Positions 7,591 to 15,857 of a stretch of 32,000 bases of DNA are shown here, in pieces. The notes below the pieces were generated by a model that saw nothing but the letters and a program-made list of their open reading frames with translations, was not told the origin of the DNA and did no database searches. Made by a program: the position numbers and the translations under genes. The stretch covers positions 450,001 to 482,000 of the forward strand of contig OY970357.1 in assembly GCA_963718585.1 (NCBI GenBank). Direction: 5' to 3'. Each line of letters begins with the position of its first letter. The stretch's first letter is position 1. The stretch comes from Candidatus Saccharimonadota bacterium (GTDB taxonomy: Bacteria > Patescibacteriota > Patescibacteriia > 2-12-FULL-60-25).

Positions 7591-9687
7591 TCATTTGACC
7601 TTCGCTTCCAACGCACTCACTCTGGCGTTTAGATCATCAAGCTGTGACTTCAGTGAATCGTTCTGTGCTTTGAGTTCTTTGATCGAATTCAACATGGTCC
7701 AGATGATCGGATCATTGTTCACTGATAGATACCCATTGCTTTCCATGGTCACGGCTTCCGGGATCGCCTGCTGAACGTTTTGGGCAATGACCCCGACATG
7801 ATTTTCTGTCGAGAATCCGATCGGGTTGTCCTTTTTATAACTGAAATTGACCGTATTGATTTTCATCAAGTCCGATAATCCGCGGTCGAACGTACCGTGG
7901 ATATCCTTCAAACGCGCATCGGAATACACGCCCCAAGACCCTCCACTCGGTTTATATGCGTTCCCACCAACGAGGTTGAGGTCACCCGTCGATCCTTTTA
8001 TCCAGATCCGATTACCTGATCCGCTCGGCGGGAAGATCTCCATGTCGCCGCTATTATTCGTGTCTAGTTGGAAATTGTATGCGCCATTTGGAGACACGAG
8101 TTTCGTGTAATTCGGGATCAGTACTCCACCGCCATAATTCACCGTCAAAGCAGGGTTTTTCCCTGGATTTCCGACGTTCAGGTCCCCCGTCGATCCATTC
8201 GTCCAGATGTACGCTTTTGTGGCCCCATCCTGACGAAAATGGATCGCTGGGTTTCCGCTTCCGGTGTGATTCAGGATCATCACTGGATCAGTGCTAGCCT
8301 CCAAATACGTCTGACCGCTTCCGTAGACTCCGTACCCGCTATATCCAAGGTATCCGTACGAGCCGGTATTGACGTTATAGCCATAAACTCCGGCGGTCAG
8401 CCCTGACCCATAAATTCCCATTGAATTCCCGTTTCCTACAACGCCATATGTATAACCGGTAAACGAACCCCCAAACGGTCCTCCGTTTCCTTGGACGCCG
8501 TAATAACCCGACGCAACCACTCCAGCATCGCCTGGGTTCGCGCCACCATAAAGTTCGGCGCCATTATATTTTCCTTGGCTCCGAATTCCGTTCCAATTCG
8601 TTGAGCTAAAGAATCCACCATAGCCATTTGTCGATTGACCGTTGATCGCATACGTTCCGCTTCCGATGATCGCGCTGGTTCCTGAGGTATGATAGACCTT
8701 GATCCCAGTACTTTCGCCATATGATCCATTTGCAGTGAGATCAAGGGCGTAACAATTGCCGCCTGCGTTAAGAGAATCACACTCGCCCATGGCACCCGAG
8801 CCGCGTTGGTTCGTTGTGCCTGGCGTGTTTTGGGCAAACCCGATGACCGTCTCCGAGTTGTTCAATCCTGTATTCGGATTGATGACCAGGGATCTATCCA
8901 CGTTTCCATTGTACTGGGAGTCGACATAGATCGCATTTGCCTGCGGGTTCACCGTATTGTTCATCCTGATCTGCAGTGCATTGGTTCCAACGTTCCCGCT
9001 GACGGCCGCTGTCAGGAGCTTGATGTTCCTGCCATTAGTCTGATCTTTCGTCTCAAGGAACGAGTTATTCAACGGAGACATGAACGCACCTGATTGAAAG
9101 ACAGAACCTGCTTGGCTATATCTGAAGTTGGTTGAGACATCCACCCCTTTTTGCGCGATCAACTGACCGGTCATCGTGTCACCTGCCTTGAGGACGTAGG
9201 TTCCCGCACCACCCCCACCCGCCTGCGTCCAGTCTGTGATGCAATCGTTGCTGATCCCGTTCACTGCAGGATCAAAACAGAACTTATACGCTTGCACGCG
9301 GCCATCTTCACCGAGGATAGCGTTCGGAGATGCGATTTGTGTCGTTTTAACGCCACCGGTCACGGCGAACGTTAACGGTTTCGCCGTGCCCCCATACCAG
9401 TTACCCATGTTTAGAGAAGCGGAGCCACTATAATCAACCCTAATAGCTTTACCGTTCGTTAAGCCTATGTCACTCAAATAATTAGGGCCACCTGAATAAG
9501 GAATTCCGAAATTGATTTTTGCATCCACTTGTTGAGCCGAAGTGCCTTTTACGTTCCATATTACTCCTGGAACATTCCCACTAGGCGGTTGATTCGTTGG
9601 ACCAGCGAATTGCGCATATGCGAGCGCTGGGATGGCAAGTACTCCAATTACTCCAAATACTGCTGTTCGAAGATGAACGCGTTTCAT
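7591..9687 (-). CDS. Secreted phage-tail-fibre-like protein with C-terminal Peptidase_S74 / intramolecular chaperone domain
   Basis: C-terminus YSDARLKDI...HVGVIAQNVQQAIPEAV...SVNNDPIIWTMLNSIKELKAQN plus a coiled coil matches the endosialidase/tail-fibre chaperone domain. Tail-fibre motif GDTMTGQL and long G/Y/N-rich repeats. Start chosen at ATG 9687 (MKRVHLRTAVFGVIGVLAIPALAYA, a Sec-type signal peptide) rather than the 801-aa ORF start. Confidence 0.75.
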   Translation of the reverse strand: MKRVHLRTAVFGVIGVLAIPALAYAQFAGPTNQPPSGNVPGVIWNVKGTSAQQVDAKINFGIPYSGGPNYLSDIGLTNGKAIRVDYSGSASLNMGNWYGGTAKPLTFAVTGGVKTTQIASPNAILGEDGRVQAYKFCFDPAVNGISNDCITDWTQAGGGGAGTYVLKAGDTMTGQLIAQKGVDVSTNFRYSQAGSVFQSGAFMSPLNNSFLETKDQTNGRNIKLLTAAVSGNVGTNALQIRMNNTVNPQANAIYVDSQYNGNVDRSLVINPNTGLNNSETVIGFAQNTPGTTNQRGSGAMGECDSLNAGGNCYALDLTANGSYGESTGIKVYHTSGTSAIIGSGTYAINGQSTNGYGGFFSSTNWNGIRSQGKYNGAELYGGANPGDAGVVASGYYGVQGNGGPFGGSFTGYTYGVVGNGNSMGIYGSGLTAGVYGYNVNTGSYGYLGYSGYGVYGSGQTYLEASTDPVMILNHTGSGNPAIHFRQDGATKAYIWTNGSTGDLNVGNPGKNPALTVNYGGGVLIPNYTKLVSPNGAYNFQLDTNNSGDMEIFPPSGSGNRIWIKGSTGDLNLVGGNAYKPSGGSWGVYSDARLKDIHGTFDRGLSDLMKINTVNFSYKKDNPIGFSTENHVGVIAQNVQQAIPEAVTMESNGYLSVNNDPIIWTMLNSIKELKAQNDSLKSQLDDLNARVSALEAKVK

Positions 9688-9695
9688 ACTTATAA

Positions 9696-9704
9696 AGTAT
9701 ACCA
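9696..9704 (-). promoter_or_regulatory. Extended -10 element TGGTATACT
   Basis: Minus strand tggtatact lies 8 nt upstream of ATG 9687 with no SD, consistent with a leaderless transcript. Confidence 0.45.
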
Positions 9705-9710
9705 TAGTGT

Positions 9711-9759
9711 TAAAAGAAAAAGCCCCACACCTCTTCGCTTGCGCGTAAGATGTGGGGCT
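9711..9759 (-). terminator. Rho-independent terminator after the frameshifted lipoprotein gene
   Basis: 9-bp stem agccccaca 9721-9729 / tgtggggct 9751-9759, followed on the minus strand by ttttctttta. Confidence 0.6.
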
Positions 9760-9775
9760 AGGAGACGCAATTGCG

Positions 9776-11645
9776 TCAGTTGCAGTTCGCTGTATAGAAG
9801 CCTGCCAATGGCGGGGCGATATGAACGAAGTGAACGGTCTGACCATCCGGCTCCGTCCAAAACTGCACCGCACTATAGGCCTTTGAATCGACCTGTGCAG
9901 TGACTGTCTGATTGACCTGATCCATGGTCGTGAGGCGCAGGATCCCGGGAGCACCATTGTTCCCTTCGTTCCCCGCGGCCAACGCCACGCCGGCACGCGG
10001 CGACCAAACGGGGTAGTACCCCCCGATCTGAGTGGCCGCGAACTCTGTCCACGTCGCCATGTTATTGGTTACGTGGTAGATGACACCTGCTCCGTCGTTC
10101 CGGCTTCCCGTCACGAACAGATCGTTGATCGACGTCCCAGAGATCGACTGGAATGACACCGCATCAGCAGGGGCATTCGCAGCTAGACCAGCTCGAACCA
10201 TTCCAGATCCGCAGAAGCGCCTTGTTGGGGTCCGACCTCGATCCCGCATCCGTAGTGACGAGAATGTCCTCCTCACCTGTCACGAAGACATGTGAGGCAT
10301 CCAAGCCCCAAACGTGGAAGTAGTGTCCGTACCCTGTCGAATAACCCTGGTAAGCCGGTGTTCGACCAGCTAGATCCTGATTTCCTCCAAAGGTAGTTGA
10401 CGGAGCTCTTATCGCCAAGGAGGTAGACGTTCCCGTTCACTCCCCAGACGTCGTGTACTCCCAGGCGTATGGCCTTGGTGAGTCCGCGACCCAAGACCCA
10501 CCGGTGTTGTGGAACACCTGCGCACCGATGTAACCGAGGTTACCGTCGCCCGTGGCGGCTACCCAGATGTCATTGGGGCCGGAGCCCCAGATGCCCGCTA
10601 CCTTGGCGGCGCCGGGAAGGTCTTCCTGGCTCCAGGACGATCCGTTCCAGTGCGCGATCTGACCGAAGTCGTACGTCGCCGTCGTCACGTAGATGTTCGA
10701 GGAACTCGTTCCCCAGACACCACCGACGAGCGAAACGTCGTAACTTCCTTGCGCCAGGTCGGTCTTCCACGAAGGCGTGGACAGCTTGAGCGCGTCGAAC
10801 GATGCTCGATCGGGTCCAGGTTCCGCAGGAGAATGGCTGAGGGGTCGAACCCCCCGAACCACCTGCGCCGGCGCTTCCGCCCGTTCCAGCCGTACCACCG
10901 GTACCAGCACCACCATCGGACCCGGCGCTTCCGCCAGTCCCTCCGGTGCTACCCGCACCAGCCATACCGCCCGTACCGGACGTTCCAGCTGTACCGGCTG
11001 AACCAGCACCGCCGTCGGTTCCTGCGGTTCCTCCGGTCCCGGAGGTTCCTGCAGTGCCCGATGCACCCGCTGTTCCGCGAGCGTGAGCCACCAGTCGGAG
11101 TGCCCCAGACCGGACACGCCGCCCGAACCAGACGTTCCTCCGGTCCCGGAGTTGCCTCCGGTGCCAGACGTTCCCGCTGTTCCACCGACACCAGATGTGC
11201 CGCCTGAACCGGAGACGCCGCTTGATCCGCCCTGACCCGAGCTTCCGCTCGCGCCTGATGAACCTGCGAAGCCGCCCTGTCCGGCCGTGCCTGCACCACC
11301 ATCGGCGCCAGCTTGGCCTGCAGCACCTGAGGTGCCGCCGGTCCCAGCGTCGGTTCCAGCTGTTCCGCTCGTGCCGCCCGTTCCCGAGCCGCTTGCGAAA
11401 CCGCCTGTTCCTGAAACGCCGCCGGTACCACTGGTACCTGCCGCGCCCGATGTGCCGCCCACGCCGCCTCCATCAGGAAGCTGACAGCTGGGATCTGACT
11501 GACACGTCGCACTGCCGTAACCACCGGATCCCGACACTCCATTCGGAGCCGGATCGTTACCACCGCAAGCGATGGCAAAGAGAGCCGACAGCAAGGTCAC
11601 CACGACCCGGCTGTCGAGCCAGTGGGTGTTCTTCCTGCTGTTCAT
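9776..11645 (-). pseudogene. Frameshifted Gly-rich lipoprotein with repeated beta-propeller-like blades
   Basis: N-terminus MNSRKNTHWLDSRVVVTLLSALFAIAC (signal plus lipobox-like). The repeated blade pattern (h-WG-x5-hyV-G ... WNGSSWS) continues across four ORFs in three frames: 10437..11645, 10273..10494, 10164..10418, 9776..10276. Frame changes near 10485, 10348 and 10183. Confidence 0.65.
10842..11468 (-). repeat. Low-complexity GC-rich coding repeat (GTSGTGG-type Gly/Ser/Thr/Ala linker)
   Basis: Translation is runs of G-[TSA]-[SAG]-G-[TSA]-G-G. It is open in nearly all six frames. The same peptide pattern continues in a second frame between about 11095 and 10850. Confidence 0.6.
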
Positions 11646-11898
11646 GGCTCTATCCTTTCTGCAACTTTTGAAGGTGCGACAGGGGCGAATTCCCCTGAGC
11701 GATCGCGTTCAAGTTATATAAAACTCGCGATAGCGATAGTAGAACACAAAATCACGATTTTGTCAACTTATCCACATAACAAAAAACATGACAATAGAGC
11801 CATTATTTCGCTAAATTAAAGCAAGAAATTGACAAATATTCAAAAACTTAGATTTTGTTTATCATCCGTATTAGCAATGCATCAGCAATATTATTGAT

Positions 11899-11939
11899 AA
11901 AAAATACGCGTAGCAACCACATTTGGTGATCGCTACGCG
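11899..11939 (-). terminator. Rho-independent terminator after the Cys-rich lipoprotein gene
   Basis: 8-bp stem cgcgtagc 11907-11914 / gctacgcg 11932-11939, followed on the minus strand by tatttttta. Confidence 0.6.
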
Positions 11940-11987
11940 AAAGATACATCTCATGCTCATCGGTCCCGCTTCTTACGAACGAGTGGC

Positions 11988-12791
11988 TTACGTACAGACC
12001 CCATTTTGGCACGTCTGCTGGCTTGAGCAATCGTGACTGCACCCGCCGCAGTGGCGGGGATCAGACTTCACGTCCGAGCACACAGGGTAGACGGGGTCCC
12101 TGTTATCGCACTGTGTCTGTCCCTGTGGGCATACGCACGATCCATTGACGCAGACCGAACCCTTCATCACCGAGCAAAGGGCATTCTGTCCGTCGACGAT
12201 GCCGTCGCAGTCGTTGTCTATGCCGTCGCAGACCTCGCTCGCACCTGGGTGGATATCCGGATCGCTATCGTCGCAGTCTGCGCCGCCGCAGGCCTGCGGT
12301 GGGTAGCCATCACCGTCCTTGTCGAGGACGTCGAAGGTACACACTGAGCTCGCGGCGTCGCACCGAGGGTTCGCCTTGCACGGATCCCCTTTCCACGCGT
12401 CGATACAGTCCTGATCTGTCGCACAGACGGGGCTCGCGACACACCCTTTGTCGAGGGTGCAGTATTTTCCGACGGCGCACGCCGTTGCACCCGAGTCGGG
12501 ACCGATCGTATGCGTGCAACCGTCCGGGCCGCACGAATCGAGCGTACACGGTAGCCCGTCGTCGCACCCGTTCGGACAAGCGCTTGATCCGCCCGTACCG
12601 CCAGCGCTTGCAGAACCGCTTCCTCCCGCAGAACCCCCTGTACCACTTACGCCACCCGTTCCCGGGCCGGCGTCACCAGCGGTGCCTGAGGTAGGACCGC
12701 CTCCGCTACAGGCGACGATGAGGACGCTGATGAACGGAAGTGCGATCGTGAAGCTGAGCTTCTCGAACGTTCTGAACCATCGATCTTCCAT
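11988..12791 (-). CDS. Cys-rich lipoprotein with MopE-like putative metal-binding repeat
   Basis: Signal plus lipobox (FISVLIVAC), G/S/T linker, then many Cys. Contains DKDGDGYPPQACGGADCDDSDPDIHPGASEVCDGIDNDCDG, the D-x-D-G-D-G ... C-x-D-C-D-D ... E-x-C-D-G-x-D-N-D-C-D motif family common in Myxococcota-type lipoproteins. Confidence 0.7.
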   Translation of the reverse strand: MEDRWFRTFEKLSFTIALPFISVLIVACSGGGPTSGTAGDAGPGTGGVSGTGGSAGGSGSASAGGTGGSSACPNGCDDGLPCTLDSCGPDGCTHTIGPDSGATACAVGKYCTLDKGCVASPVCATDQDCIDAWKGDPCKANPRCDAASSVCTFDVLDKDGDGYPPQACGGADCDDSDPDIHPGASEVCDGIDNDCDGIVDGQNALCSVMKGSVCVNGSCVCPQGQTQCDNRDPVYPVCSDVKSDPRHCGGCSHDCSSQQTCQNGVCT

Positions 12792-12962
12792 TGAAACCTA
12801 CTTTCCCCTGAACGTGAGATGTGAAGGAACCAGCCGAGGTAACCCCGACCCATCGGGGCCTATAAGAGACCCCCAATGCTTCCAATTAATCCGAGAACCA
12901 GCCGACTGTCAATGGACAGCCCAAGCCCCTCGGAAGTGCTTCGTCCCCTATCCATGGGGATG

Positions 12963-12971
12963 TGATATACT
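12963..12971 (+). promoter_or_regulatory. Extended -10 element TGATATACT
   Basis: tgatatact lies 8 nt upstream of ATG 12980 with no SD, consistent with a leaderless transcript. Confidence 0.45.
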
Positions 12972-12979
12972 TTTTTCAT

Positions 12980-13525
12980 ATGGAACAACCCCGTTCGACA
13001 AGTAGATACGTGATGCTGATCCTTGTCGTGATCATCGTTGTCACCTCGATCGTCATGATAGGTTTGAATGCGTTCTACCTTCGCACACAGGATCAGATCA
13101 AGATCGACGCATACCGGCAAGGGTTCCTTACCGCACGCAAACAGTACGAAGCGCTCTACCCTCAATCAACAGCACCGGTCACATTCTTCACGGGAACGGT
13201 CAAGGGCGTGAACGCACAGACGATCGTCGTCACGCAAGATTCTCTTGCTGTCGACCCGACCGTTGACGGAGTCTCGAACGATCGGAATGTCACGCTTGCT
13301 CAGGATGGAAAAGTCTCCTTGTCACAAAATAAAGACCCCAAAGCCTATCAGGCGGAGCTTTCTACGTTCGTCCCCAGCTCGACATCAACCCCACCTTTAC
13401 CAACGACCAATACGGCAATGGCATTCTCCGACATCAAGCCTGGTGATCGTGTCATCGTGAACGCCACTTCCAATGTTCGGATGGAGCAAGACATCCAAGC
13501 GGAATCGATACAGGTCCTCAAATGA
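12980..13525 (+). CDS. Single-pass membrane protein, paralog 1
   Basis: ATG 12980 (MEQPRS...) is preferred over GTG 12962. One TM helix (YVMLILVVIIVVTSIVMIGL). Clearly homologous to the next gene: AYRQGF..ARK..E.LYP, F.GTV......IVV.Q..L.VD..VD..SNDR..TL, DIK.GD.V.V. Confidence 0.7.
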   Translation: MEQPRSTSRYVMLILVVIIVVTSIVMIGLNAFYLRTQDQIKIDAYRQGFLTARKQYEALYPQSTAPVTFFTGTVKGVNAQTIVVTQDSLAVDPTVDGVSNDRNVTLAQDGKVSLSQNKDPKAYQAELSTFVPSSTSTPPLPTTNTAMAFSDIKPGDRVIVNATSNVRMEQDIQAESIQVLK

Positions 13526-13526
13526 T

Positions 13527-14009
13527 ATGCCTGTGATGAAACATTCGACGACCAGCCAAAAGATCCTCGTGATCCTTGCGGTCATCATCGTATTCACGAC
13601 CCTGGTCATCGTTGCGCTCAAGCAGCTCATGCCGCAAGAACAGATGGCGTGCACATCAGACAACGTTGCCTATCAACAGGGCTATCGCGCGGCTCGCGCA
13701 AGGCTTGAACAGATCTACCCGGAACTCAAAGATCCGATCTACTCCTTTTCAGGAACGGTGGTGAATTATTATCAAAATAGCATCGTCGTCTCACAGGAGA
13801 CGCTTCCGGTCGATGATGTTGTCGACAATATCTCGAATGACCGTCTTATCACCCTGACGGGTGACGGCGTCGCCATGGAAAATGGCAGCAAGGTCAATAT
13901 CGCAGATATCAAAAAAGGCGATCATGTGACCGTCAAAAGTCCGGATGACGTACGGACGTCTTTGAAGATCCAGGCGTCAGAGATCGACGTGACGCCGGTA
14001 GCAAATTGA
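13527..14009 (+). CDS. Single-pass membrane protein, paralog 2
   Basis: ATG 13527 (MPVMKHS...) lies 1 nt after the upstream stop. TM helix ILVILAVIIVFTTLVIVAL. Same conserved blocks as paralog 1. Confidence 0.7.
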   Translation: MPVMKHSTTSQKILVILAVIIVFTTLVIVALKQLMPQEQMACTSDNVAYQQGYRAARARLEQIYPELKDPIYSFSGTVVNYYQNSIVVSQETLPVDDVVDNISNDRLITLTGDGVAMENGSKVNIADIKKGDHVTVKSPDDVRTSLKIQASEIDVTPVAN

Positions 14010-14014
14010 AGATC

Positions 14015-14704
14015 TTAGCGATCCCGCGACGCATCCAACGAATGCATCGTAGTCGTATCGGATAATGACGGGTCTTGGAAAGCGTTCTGATCCTGTATCT
14101 TGCGGTCTTTGATACCATCCGTCTGCTCTCGCTTTTGTGTTTCGTCATGCGCATCGAGCATAGCGGGTACGCCATTCCTCTCCTGATCGAGTCCTGGAGG
14201 GAGGCCCTGATCACGGAGACTGGTCGAGCTTGAACTCCGTGCGTTCAGCCGCATCTCTTGGAGCTTCTGACGAGCCTCCTCATTCTTGACCTGCTGCTCT
14301 TGGATCTGACCCAGTCGCTTTTTCAGGACCTCTTCCCGATCTTGCAGCTTCTGTGAAAGGATCTCCCGCTCCCGTTCGCGACGTTGCTGGATCATTGTCT
14401 TGATCTTTGCTTGATGCGCGGGGATCACATCCACGGTCTGTATCGCCTGCTCGATCCCAGTCCGGATCGGATAGAGGGTCGTCCCAGGCAAAACATTGTC
14501 TGATGTGAAGGCATAGACCCCTGTAGAGCCTCCGGCCAATACCAACGCCGTTGTGGCACCGGCCGCGACCTTACTCCATTGGACCCACCAGACGGGGTGG
14601 CCCATCCGAGTCTTTAGATCCTTTTCCAGAGCACGAACAAACGCACGACTCGGATCCGCCGTTTTTCCGATCTTCTTCAGCTTTTGTGAGATAAACCAGT
14701 CCAT
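14015..14704 (-). CDS. Putative membrane anti-sigma factor (DUF5667-like)
   Basis: Immediately downstream of the ECF sigma gene. One TM helix (VAAGATTALVLAGGSTGVYAF), then PGTTLYPIRTGIEQA (the P-G-x-x-L-Y-x-x-K/R motif I associate with DUF5667), followed by a charged coiled region. Confidence 0.5.
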   Translation of the reverse strand: MDWFISQKLKKIGKTADPSRAFVRALEKDLKTRMGHPVWWVQWSKVAAGATTALVLAGGSTGVYAFTSDNVLPGTTLYPIRTGIEQAIQTVDVIPAHQAKIKTMIQQRREREREILSQKLQDREEVLKKRLGQIQEQQVKNEEARQKLQEMRLNARSSSSTSLRDQGLPPGLDQERNGVPAMLDAHDETQKREQTDGIKDRKIQDQNAFQDPSLSDTTTMHSLDASRDR

Positions 14705-14714
14705 GATCGCTATG

Positions 14715-15224
14715 TTATACCGAAGGGGTATCGTTTCGTTTCAGGATCTTTTTGAGGTTTTTGATCGTTCGATGGGATTGGACGCGGAGTGAACCTACGG
14801 TTTTCCCGGTCATTTGAGCTATTTCATCATAGGAATAGCCATCCAAGTACTTATAACGGACCAACTCCGCCTCCGCCTTTGGAAGGCGCTCTATGGCCTT
14901 CATCATCTCTTTTACGTCATAGGAGCGCTCGGCTTTTTGATCCCAATTCATCCGATCCCACCAGGTCTGCTCGATATCCTCCAGTGCCACACCTGGACGC
15001 TGTTTTTCCATATAGTTGATCAAATGATTCCGAGCGATGGTGAAGATCCAGGAGGAGGCGCTGATCTTCGGATCGTATGATCCAAAAGCATTCAACGCTT
15101 TGACGAAGACATCCTGTGTCAGATCTTCCGATACCTCTTTGTTCCCTCCGCAACGAAAATAGATGAAGCGGTAGATCCGCTTCACATTCTCATGATAGAA
15201 CTTCGGGAAATGCTTTTGGTCCAT
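14715..15224 (-). CDS. RNA polymerase sigma-70 family, ECF-type sigma factor
   Basis: 169 aa. Region 2 (DLTQDVFVKAL...SWIFTIARNHLINY) and region 4 HTH (LDGYSYDEIAQMTGKTVGSLRVQSHRTIKNLKK). Confidence 0.85.
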   Translation of the reverse strand: MDQKHFPKFYHENVKRIYRFIYFRCGGNKEVSEDLTQDVFVKALNAFGSYDPKISASSWIFTIARNHLINYMEKQRPGVALEDIEQTWWDRMNWDQKAERSYDVKEMMKAIERLPKAEAELVRYKYLDGYSYDEIAQMTGKTVGSLRVQSHRTIKNLKKILKRNDTPSV

Positions 15225-15285
15225 CTTTTGGAGAGCCTGTCCCGTTAAAGCGGGTACGTCAAATCATCAAAAAGATGACAAAAGA

Positions 15286-15828
15286 TCAATCTTCGTATGA
15301 CGAGCGCCTCTTCGGTTTCGGTGCGACGATCATGAAGAGGATCGGCAACACCATCCAAGCACTGCGTCCGTAGTCGCTCATGAAGATCTGTTTCGTGATC
15401 TCCGTCAATCCCGCGGTCATGTTCAGGGGTAAGAAATTCAACGTGATGCTGATGAGGAGTCCGACCTGCAAAATGCTGAAAACGATGGTCTGCCACCAGG
15501 ATCCGGGTGCATTGGATCCACCGATCGTCTTCAATAAGGCACTGCGTGAAAGCATGAAGAAGAGGACGACGAAGATCCCGAGGAAGAACGTCAGTTTGAG
15601 CACGTAATTATCATTCACGTGCAATGACAGGTTGATGCTTGTCAGCACGGGCGTATTCGACACGACGGCCAACGCCATATACATCCCCACGAGGATGATG
15701 ATGACCCGATCCCGTCCAAGTGACAGTCCATACAACAAAGCGCCCACGACGAAGAACAGGAGAATGAATAGATCCCATGTCGGCGCAGACCAATTCAGCG
15801 TCATGAAGTAGTTCAAGATAGCGCTCAT
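15286..15828 (-). CDS. Polytopic membrane protein, unknown function
   Basis: 180-aa ORF with about 5 hydrophobic helices and a basic C-terminal tail. Confidence 0.6.
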   Translation of the reverse strand: MSAILNYFMTLNWSAPTWDLFILLFFVVGALLYGLSLGRDRVIIILVGMYMALAVVSNTPVLTSINLSLHVNDNYVLKLTFFLGIFVVLFFMLSRSALLKTIGGSNAPGSWWQTIVFSILQVGLLISITLNFLPLNMTAGLTEITKQIFMSDYGRSAWMVLPILFMIVAPKPKRRSSYED

Positions 15829-15834
15829 GGCATG

Positions 15835-15843
15835 AGTATATCA
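15835..15843 (-). promoter_or_regulatory. Extended -10 element TGATATACT
   Basis: Minus strand tgatatact lies 6 nt upstream of ATG 15828. The 9-mer is identical to the one at 12963-12971. Confidence 0.45.
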
Positions 15844-15857
15844 CGCCTGTTCGAGGT

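Noticed and set aside
9688-9996. N-terminal extension of the tail-fibre ORF (801 aa version)
   Set aside because: The extension overlaps the upstream gene and its terminator and is R/W/S-rich. A canonical signal peptide follows the internal ATG at 9687, which has its own -10 element.
10469-11671. Many overlapping ORFs on both strands in the GC-rich repeat (e.g. 10509..11207 +, 10949..11578 -, 11195..11671 +)
   Set aside because: Stop codons are rare in this GC-rich Gly-codon repeat, so all frames stay open. The translations are R/P-rich nonsense. Only the signal-peptide-bearing frame is credible.
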